From Rhynchopus sp. YZ270_cl-10 (taxonomy: Eukaryota), in contig OZ037837.1 of the NCBI GenBank assembly GCA_964035575.1, positions 558,001 through 622,000 on the forward strand: a stretch of 64,000 nt of DNA, given 5' to 3'. The number at the start of each line of letters is the position of its first letter. Within the stretch, counting starts at the first letter, position 1. Below are positions 57,381-64,000 of the stretch, in pieces. The notes below the pieces were generated by a model. It made no database searches. It was not told the origin of the DNA and was given only the letters and a program-made list of their open reading frames with translations. Position numbers and translations under genes: made by a program.

Positions 57381-60350
57381 TCATCGCGTGTCCAGGTCCG
57401 CCACCATCAGCTTCGTCCCGACCAGGTGCGTGGTGAACCTTCTCCGAAGACTTATGCCTGACATCAGTCTTGCCATCAGCTGGTCCTCCTGAGGGTGGGG
57501 CGACGAACCTTTGCGGTGGCGTGACTCCGCAGTGGAATTGTCATGAAAACAATCCAATCCATACCCTCGCGGGGCAACAGAGTCAGCCACAGCCATGGCG
57601 ATGAGGGCGGTCACCAGCTCCCTCCTGCGAATAGGCGTGGGTGGGCGGCACGTCAGCAGGAGAGCATCCCACGTCCAGTCCACACGTGCCTTCACCTTCC
57701 GTGCCACAGGGTCCAGCAAGACAACAGACGCACCCACGTCGCTGGCATCAGACCATATGTGCCACGCAGGCGCATCTGCCAGAACACGCCGGGGACGACA
57801 CGCCGCCAGCCACTTCTCAGCACGGCGAAACTCCGCTAGCAAGGAGCCCGTCAAGGTAACCGACCTGTCCCACTCTTTCGCCGTAGTGCAGTGGCGGCTT
57901 AGCTGCCGAGAGAGGCGGCACATCAGGGTGAACCCAGCGATCGGCGTGCGCATGACCAAGTGCGCCCATCTGTAGCACCCAATGTGGTGGGCCACCGCTC
58001 TGCAGGTGAGAGTCCGGGGCGTAGGCGACGCCAGCAGCTTACTCCTCCAGTCCTCGTCCAGCGCCAACGTCTTCGCCGACATGTCCAGCTGGACACCAAT
58101 GAACACCGCGCAGTGTGTGGGGTCCACCCGCTTCTCCTCCCTCACCACGCAGTTCGCGTCACGCAACGTCGCATCGAAAGCCTGTCGTCGCTGCTCCACC
58201 TCCGCCAGTGTCTGACCTGCAATGCAGACATCGTCATATATCGCAAGGGACACTGAAAGGAGGTTAGCTCGCTGTAGCATCCCCAGTGTGGCCAGCTGCG
58301 CGACAGAGGGAGCCCTGCTGATCCCCGGGACCGCCACCCGGAAGCAGAAATACCCTTCTGTGGTCCTGATCCCCAGCTTGGTCTGCAGATCGGGGCCGAC
58401 AGGGATCTGGAAAAAATATCCCAGAAAGTCGACACAGCAGAAGAAGTTGTGCTGGAGCACGAAACGCTCGAGGTCGGAGAGTTGTGGGGTGAGCGGAGGG
58501 AGCACCGGCTTTGACCTCTTGTCAAACTCCCTCCCATCGACCAGAAGGCGCGCCAGGCCGTTCTTCTTGCCAATCTTGAAGGTGGGGAGGGTGATGTGCG
58601 GCCTGCCCACAGCTACGCGCAGGATGCCCTTCTTCACCAAGCTGGCGAGGTCCGCACAGGTGAGCGAGGAGGAGGTCTGGCACTGTTTGCGGGTGGTCGT
58701 ATGCAGCATGGGCTCGTTCACATAGTCCCTCAGGAGCGTACGTTCCCACTCGTTCAGCCCTTCCTCCACTACAGATAGGTTCAGGCGGCTGTCCGGGAGC
58801 ACATCCAATGCCGCATCGCAACCCTTCGACGGACCACGGGCCACACCAACCGCATACACCGAGGCCGCACATTCCCCAATCATGCGCTCGTGCCTGCGGA
58901 GCGAGTCAGCCACATCGGAGCCCGAGCTCAGGTGCAGGAGGTGGCCTTCCGGATCTTCCACAAAACAAGTCTCACTGTCCTCCGACAGGTCGCAGCCCTG
59001 CCACGCCGCATCGATCTCCTGCGCCAGCACACGCACATGTGTCGCCACCACTGCCACAATGTCGTAGTCCCACTCAAGCAGAGGGTGGGACGTCTCCAAT
59101 GATCGCGCATACTCCGGACACCAGTCGGACACACGGTACCGTTCCGTCAGTCGGAGCGCCCCGACGCTCTCCAGCTCTGGGGTATCGGGCGGTGCAGCAT
59201 CGCCGATGTGCGCTCCAGGGACAGGAAGTCGGGAGTGATGCACCCCCAGAGGTATCGGCGGAGCGTGTCGACCTCCTTGTGGCGTGCCACCACCAGCATA
59301 TCCCCCCACGTGGCCCCCATCATCGCCAAGTGCTGCAAGGCCCCTCTCTTCCAGGAGTGGTCGCGATATTCGGGGAAGTGCAGAGAGGTCTCCCGTCCCA
59401 GGTTGCGGATGTCTGACACACTGAACGCCATCCCGCGTAGCTTCCACCGGCGGATGGCAGGGAACATATGCTCGGGGAGGGTGTATAGCAGCTCGGCTGG
59501 GTCCCCTCGTAGCCTGGCCTCCTTCACCGTCCACCACCTTATCGCAATGGTGCCCGTGCCCACCCTGCCTGCTTCTGGGAGCACGACGTCTGATGGGAGT
59601 ATAGCACGCAGGTCTGCCATGCGCAGCGCACCCGTCCACGCCAACGCCACGGCCGCACACAGAACACTGTTTCCCTCTCGCCAGAGACGCTTCCAAGTCT
59701 GCTGCATGCAGGTGTAGGGCAGGGGTGGCGCGTGAGTGGGGGTTTCCCGTCGTTCCAGGCGAGTGCGCACCAGCCCCTTGCGGGTCTCCCTCAGCACACT
59801 GTCCGGCACTTCCAGCACCCGAGCCAGCACGTTCACGTACCGCTCCAGCGCCGACGTCGTCATCGCCAGGGAGAAAGGTCGCCCACGTTGCCCCGGCGCT
59901 CGCACCAGCAGCCTCTCCTTCTCCTCCGCGCTCATCCGATCCGACAACATTGCGGCGGCGAACGCCCGTAGGCGCAAAGGGTGCGGCATCTGCCCGAGTC
60001 CGCAGGCGCGCGTGTACATTTCGTACTTCCGCACGATGCTGCGCGTCTGCGCCTTCGTCGCGGCACACGTCGCTCGCGCCTCCAGCCCCGCCACCGAGTC
60101 CTCCCATCGTGGTCACTGCTTCTGGTGTTCGAACGGGCAAGGATGCTTGAGGCACGCAAGCCCCTTCAGGAACCGGTGGCAGGCCTTCCCCTCCGGCTTC
60201 TTCGGGGCAGTCTTCGGTGTGGGCTTCGGGGTCTGGGCCGGCCTCGGGGTCGCTCTGCCTGTCGATTTTCTGGGAAAGTGCGTGGTGTTGTGCGTGGCCC
60301 CATTCGACTTTCCCGTAGGCCGAAAATCCACCTCGAACCTCCTGCGGGCG
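57381..60350 (-). CDS. Pol: reverse transcriptase + RNase H; open frame overlaps the whole YR ORF, true start uncertain
   Basis: VDFLGYFFQI, PGISRAPSVAQ, IYDDVCI, FIGVQLD (RT); WSDASDVGA, RRELVTA, HDNSTA, MVADLDTR (RNase H). Frame is open from the TGA at 60351-60353; the first ATG is at ~60108. Confidence 0.88.
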   Translation of the reverse strand, partial: RPQEVRGGFSAYGKVEWGHAQHHALSQKIDRQSDPEAGPDPEAHTEDCPEEAGGEGLPPVPEGACVPQASLPVRTPEAVTTMGGLGGGAGGASDVCRDEGADAQHRAEVRNVHARLRTRADAAPFAPTGVRRRNVVGSDERGGEGEAAGASAGATWATFLPGDDDVGAGAVRERAGSGAGSAGQCAEGDPQGAGAHSPGTTGNPHSRATPALHLHAADLEASLARGKQCSVCGRGVGVDGCAAHGRPACYTPIRRRAPRSRQGGHGHHCDKVVDGEGGQATRGPSRAAIHPPRAYVPCHPPVEATRDGVQCVRHPQPGTGDLSALPRISRPLLEERGLAALGDDGGHVGGYAGGGTPQGGRHAPPIPLGVHHSRLPVPGAHIGDAAPPDTPELESVGALRLTERYRVSDWCPEYARSLETSHPLLEWDYDIVAVVATHVRVLAQEIDAAWQGCDLSEDSETCFVEDPEGHLLHLSSGSDVADSLRRHERMIGECAASVYAVGVARGPSKGCDAALDVLPDSRLNLSVVEEGLNEWERTLLRDYVNEPMLHTTTRKQCQTSSSLTCADLASLVKKGILRVAVGRPHITLPTFKIGKKNGLARLLVDGREFDKRSKPVLPPLTPQLSDLERFVLQHNFFCCVDFLGYFFQIPVGPDLQTKLGIRTTEGYFCFRVAVPGISRAPSVAQLATLGMLQRANLLSVSLAIYDDVCIAGQTLAEVEQRRQAFDATLRDANCVVREEKRVDPTHCAVFIGVQLDMSAKTLALDEDWRSKLLASPTPRTLTCRAVAHHIGCYRWAHLVMRTPIAGFTLMCRLSRQLSRHCTTAKEWDRSVTLTGSLLAEFRRAEKWLAACRPRRVLADAPAWHIWSDASDVGASVVLLDPVARKVKARVDWTWDALLLTCRPPTPIRRRELVTALIAMAVADSVAPRGYGLDCFHDNSTAESRHRKGSSPHPQEDQLMARLMSGISLRRRFTTHLVGTKLMVADLDTR
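59147..60112 (-). CDS. Tyrosine recombinase, in frame with gag after a single TGA
   Basis: GALRMADL (R), TVKE (K), HSWKRGA (H..R), ARHK..TLRRYL (H, Y). Confidence 0.9.
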   Translation of the reverse strand, partial: PRWEDSVAGLEARATCAATKAQTRSIVRKYEMYTRACGLGQMPHPLRLRAFAAAMLSDRMSAEEKERLLVRAPGQRGRPFSLAMTTSALERYVNVLARVLEVPDSVLRETRKGLVRTRLERRETPTHAPPLPYTCMQQTWKRLWREGNSVLCAAVALAWTGALRMADLRAILPSDVVLPEAGRVGTGTIAIRWWTVKEARLRGDPAELLYTLPEHMFPAIRRWKLRGMAFSVSDIRNLGRETSLHFPEYRDHSWKRGALQHLAMMGATWGDMLVVARHKEVDTLRRYLWGCITPDFLSLERTSAMLHRPIPQSWRASGRSD

Positions 60351-61504
60351 TCACGCAGGGCGCGAGGAAGATTATTCGACTCGAGCTGCCTGCGCATGTG
60401 TTCGGCCGCCCCCGGGGACCTCGTGGTGTAGGTGGCACGGAGGGCCTCCAGTTCAGCCATGTGCCCCCTCATGCGGCGGAGCCATTCGGTCAGCGCTGCG
60501 GGGTTCTGGTTCCGGAAGATCCAAAAGTTTCGGATGGTCAGAAAAGTCCTGTCGCGTTTCTCCTGAAGCCCGTGGTTGCCCAGAAACGCGTACATGTCCG
60601 TCCTAGCACGGAGTACCCGCTCAAACTCCGCAAACCAGGACTCGTCAAACGTCTCAGGCCACCTGGACACTTCAGTGTAGCACCGAATGTCTGCACCTTC
60701 CTCCTCCTGGTCGTCGTCGGCAGAAGACTGCGTCACAGGGCCCTTCGGTGCGGAGAGCGGCGCGTAATCCGATAAGACCGTCATGGCTTCGGCTTGCTTG
60801 TCGCAGTTGGCGAGCAAACGAGACACCTCTTCAGGCATGCGGTCAAAGAAAAAGTCCCCGTGCTCCTCCGTGTACGCCACGTACAAGGCGTCCGCAGCCG
60901 CCGTTGTCAGCAATGGGAAAATGTCACACGGCGGGTCTCTGCGTCTCTTCCCAGCCAGCTTCGGCGTCGGCGGGACATCAGGCGTCTTGCCCTGCGCGGG
61001 GAGCTGCGGAGGAAGACGCGCCAGCACGGCCGCCGTCACGGCCTCCACCATCTCGGACAACGTCGCAGGGCTTTCGGGGGACGCACGCGGAGACGGTTTC
61101 GCAGCACGCGTCGCAGCCTTCGTCGCCGGCTTCACCACAGGTGGCTTTGTCGTCTGCGTATTCGGTTCCTCCGTCAGGTCGTCGTCGTCGTCAACATCTG
61201 CACCGTTACCCGGCACGTCATCAACGGGGTCCCCTTCATTATCATCCCCATAGTCCCACGCCTCGTACCCGCTCTGATCCCACCCCCCGCGACCCTCCAT
61301 TCCTTCATCCTGGAGGTCGTAACAATATTGTTGGTGGTCGGCGGGCGGGTCTCGCGCCGCCAAAGATGACATTGCCCGATCCAGCTTCTTCTCCATCCGC
61401 GCCTCGCGCTCCTCCAGGTCCGCCCTCTGATCCTCCGCCTGCCTCTTCATGTCTCGCAGAGCCGCAAGGAGCTGCGCCTTCGTGCGGGTGTCCGTGGCAG
61501 GCAT
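60113..61504 (-). CDS. Gag-like ORF1 with an N-terminal coiled coil and a C-terminal CCCH zinc finger (463 aa)
   Basis: MPATDTRTK start just inside repeat A1; CHRFLKGLACLKHPCPFEH. Confidence 0.82.
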   Translation of the reverse strand: MPATDTRTKAQLLAALRDMKRQAEDQRADLEEREARMEKKLDRAMSSLAARDPPADHQQYCYDLQDEGMEGRGGWDQSGYEAWDYGDDNEGDPVDDVPGNGADVDDDDDLTEEPNTQTTKPPVVKPATKAATRAAKPSPRASPESPATLSEMVEAVTAAVLARLPPQLPAQGKTPDVPPTPKLAGKRRRDPPCDIFPLLTTAAADALYVAYTEEHGDFFFDRMPEEVSRLLANCDKQAEAMTVLSDYAPLSAPKGPVTQSSADDDQEEEGADIRCYTEVSRWPETFDESWFAEFERVLRARTDMYAFLGNHGLQEKRDRTFLTIRNFWIFRNQNPAALTEWLRRMRGHMAELEALRATYTTRSPGAAEHMRRQLESNNLPRALRDARRRFEVDFRPTGKSNGATHNTTHFPRKSTGRATPRPAQTPKPTPKTAPKKPEGKACHRFLKGLACLKHPCPFEHQKQ

Positions 61505-61717
61505 AATGAGAGAGAAAGAAGAGAAGAAAAAGAGGGAAAAGAACGGTAAAGCTTTTTGATAAAAGTTAATGAAACACAAAAACCAAGCGCGTGTGGAAGA
61601 AAAAAGAAAAGAAAATATTTTTTCTGATTCAAAGTGGTGTTTACGTTTTGGGTACGGGGCGGAGAATAAAATCTGTTCGATAAAAGAAACGCAAGCTTTT
61701 TTGTTTTATCTTGTTCA

Positions 61718-62130
61718 GAAAAAAGTGATTTGGCAACCCACTTAGCAGCAGATTTGATCAAATCAAGGGGGGCAGTGGGGACCTCAATCCGTCGTCTTTT
61801 GGGAGAAGGATCCGTAGAGCAGGGGACAGTGACAGACGAAGACGTAGATGTCGACGCACTAATAGACACTATTACCGGACCTAGCAGATCCATCTCGTCA
61901 CGTTTACGCTTGGAAGGCGCGCGTGCCAGTGCACGAGTGAAATGAGGGGAGTCCGAACGACGCGTAGTAGCAACGGGGGGACGGGGGTCAGGGGACATCG
62001 AGCGAGTGGTATCAGTGGTGTTTTTAATCAAAACATCGTCAAACCAAGTGACCTCATCTCGACTTGTTCTAGTTAACAATCTAGAGGATGTAGGTGTTGC
62101 CGGAGATGTAGGTGACAAAATGGGGGGCAT
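61718..62130 (-). pseudogene. S/T/P-rich ORF with basic NLS-like motifs, interrupted by the YR element
   Basis: MPPILSPTS...KRKR...PKRRR...KSLFS; joining 61718 to 54592 continues SLPVG*. Confidence 0.4.
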
Positions 62131-62366
62131 GGTAGGGGGAGACAATGGTGAATCCGAGGGTGATGTGTACACACTACGTGGCGTGACAGAAGCATTGTAT
62201 TGTTTTCGGGGGTGGGGGAAAAACATAAAAAGGAAAAGTAGGGTGCGGTTTCAATTTTGTCCTAAAAATACCCTTTTGTACTGTTGTGTTTGTGAGTCTC
62301 TGGTCGGGTGTTAAGGAAGCTGTACACAAGTATGGCGGAACTTAAGGAGAATGTTCCGGCATTGTT

Positions 62367-64000
62367 CTAGCGCTCAGTGTCTGCCCCAGCATCAATGAGC
62401 ACCTGCACCACGTCTGCATGTTTTTCCTGCACAGCAAAGTGCAACGCAGTGTAATTACCGCAGTCTTGCTGATTCAGGTCCACCTCCGGCAAAGACACAA
62501 GATAGCGCACAGTATCGGTGTGTCCAAAATATGTTGCAAGGGTAAGACACGTGACTCTTTTGGCGTCTGTGGCACGTACATCCGCACCTGCTTCGACCAA
62601 CATCTTCATAGTTGTGAGTTCTCCAGAAATGCTAGCCACGTGCAAAGGCGAGCGTCCTTCATCATTCTTTGTCTCAATGTCAGCCCCTGCATCAATGAGC
62701 ACCTCCACCACGTCTGCATGTTTTCTCTTCACAGCAATGTGCAACGCAGTGCAATTCGTACTCTCTTGGTGATTCAGGTCCACCTCCGGCAAACACACAA
62801 GATAGCGCACAGTATCGGTGTGTCCAAAATACGCTGCAAAGAGAAGACATGTCTCTCTTTCTGCGTCTGTGGCACGTACATCCGCACCTGCTTTGACCAA
62901 CATCTTCACAGTTGTGAGTTCTCCAGAAATGCTAGCCACGTGCAGAGGCGAGCGTCCTTCATCATTCTTTGTCTCAATGTCTGCCCCTGCATCAATGAGC
63001 ACCTGCACCACGTCTGCATGTTTTTCTTCCACAGCAACGTGCAACGCAGTGTCGTTCTCGCAGTCTTGGTGGTCCAGGTCCACCTCCGGCAAAGACACAA
63101 GATAGCGCACAGTATCGGTGCGTCCAACATGCGCTGCAAGGATAAGACACGTGGCTCTTCCGTCGTCTGTGGCACGTACATCCGCACCTGCTTCGACCAA
63201 CTTCGTCATGGCTGTGAGTGCTCCAGACATGCTACCCACGAACAGAGGCGAGCGTCCTACATGACTCTTTGTCTCAATGTCTGCCCCTGCATCAATGAGC
63301 ACCTGCACCACGTCTGCATATTCTCTTTCCACAGCAACGTGCAACGCAGTGTATTTACTGCTGTCTTGGTGGTCCAGGTCCACCTCCGGCAAGCCAGCAA
63401 GATAGCGCACAGTATCGGTGTGTCCAAAATCCGCTGCAAAGATAAGACACGTGACTCTTTTGGCGTCTGTGGCACGTACATCCGCACCTGCTTCGACCAA
63501 CATCTTTACAGTTGTGAGTGCTCCTGAACGGCTAGCCAATTGCAAAGGCGAACACCCTTTGTTTCTGTTCTTTGTCTCGATGTCTGCCCCTGCACCGATG
63601 AACACTTGACACACTGCAGGGTCCTCCCACATGGCTGGACATAGGTACAACGTCTGACCTGCACTGTCTTCGGAGTGCCCGTGTGGGACAAACGTGACGT
63701 TGCTGCAGACTGACTTCCAATGCTGCAAGAGGACCTCCGTGCACGCAGTGTGGTCTGCGTGGACACACTCACTCAGCAAGATCCCAAACCCCATCTGCGT
63801 TGTCTCAACATACGGAAGAAGCAGTGTCAGGCATTCATCGTGGTTCCCTCTGCATGCCTCGTGCACAGCATCAAAGACAACTGTTTTGCTGCCTGGGGAG
63901 AGCTTCTCGAGTGCTGCCCGCACGGCAGCGGTGTTGCCGTTCCTGACAGCCTTCAACAGGACGTCCTTGTCAGAAATATTTCTTCCTTTTGGTGGGTTCT
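62367..64000 (-). CDS. Ankyrin super-repeat protein, paralog of 50754..53408; start lies just beyond the window; four 300 bp units
   Basis: N-domain nearly identical to the paralog; ends abruptly at AGADTER*. Confidence 0.88.
   Translation of the reverse strand, partial: NPPKGRNISDKDVLLKAVRNGNTAAVRAALEKLSPGSKTVVFDAVHEACRGNHDECLTLLLPYVETTQMGFGILLSECVHADHTACTEVLLQHWKSVCSNVTFVPHGHSEDSAGQTLYLCPAMWEDPAVCQVFIGAGADIETKNRNKGCSPLQLASRSGALTTVKMLVEAGADVRATDAKRVTCLIFAADFGHTDTVRYLAGLPEVDLDHQDSSKYTALHVAVEREYADVVQVLIDAGADIETKSHVGRSPLFVGSMSGALTAMTKLVEAGADVRATDDGRATCLILAAHVGRTDTVRYLVSLPEVDLDHQDCENDTALHVAVEEKHADVVQVLIDAGADIETKNDEGRSPLHVASISGELTTVKMLVKAGADVRATDAERETCLLFAAYFGHTDTVRYLVCLPEVDLNHQESTNCTALHIAVKRKHADVVEVLIDAGADIETKNDEGRSPLHVASISGELTTMKMLVEAGADVRATDAKRVTCLTLATYFGHTDTVRYLVSLPEVDLNQQDCGNYTALHFAVQEKHADVVQVLIDAGADTER

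Larger units (their letters stand above)
54593..61717 (-). mobile_element. Tyrosine-recombinase retrotransposon (DIRS order; VIPER/TATE-like gag-YR-RT/RH order) with split direct repeats A1-ORFs-B1-A2-spacer-B2
   Basis: A (170 bp) at 61548-61717 and 56772-56941; B (167 bp) at 56942-57108 and 54593-54759; three intact ORFs; no TSD. Confidence 0.92.

Overview
Eukaryotic nuclear DNA, most likely a euglenozoan such as a diplonemid. This is an inference from a DUF1935-type calpain, short canonical GT-AG introns, essentially all intact genes lying on the minus strand as one directional cluster, a gag-YR-RT retroelement with VIPER/TATE-like gene order, and an ingi/I-like LINE fragment. The window holds (i) a cluster of modular repeat-domain genes: six tandem UBL-WD40 genes (one a pseudogene), a UBL-SH3-like gene, a UBL-LRR gene, a divergent UBL-WD40 gene, a B-box/coiled-coil-LRR gene and two ankyrin super-repeat genes, with variation concentrated at predicted binding surfaces; (ii) a spliced calpain-C2 gene, a large spliced type I membrane protein, a Cys-rich secreted protein and several hypotheticals; (iii) an apparently intact 7.1 kb tyrosine-recombinase retrotransposon with split direct repeats, probable recoded expression and an internal structured ~350 bp array; (iv) many nested non-autonomous TIR and foldback elements, two 18S rRNA scraps and minisatellites. 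All domain calls come from motif recognition by eye; no database searches were run.
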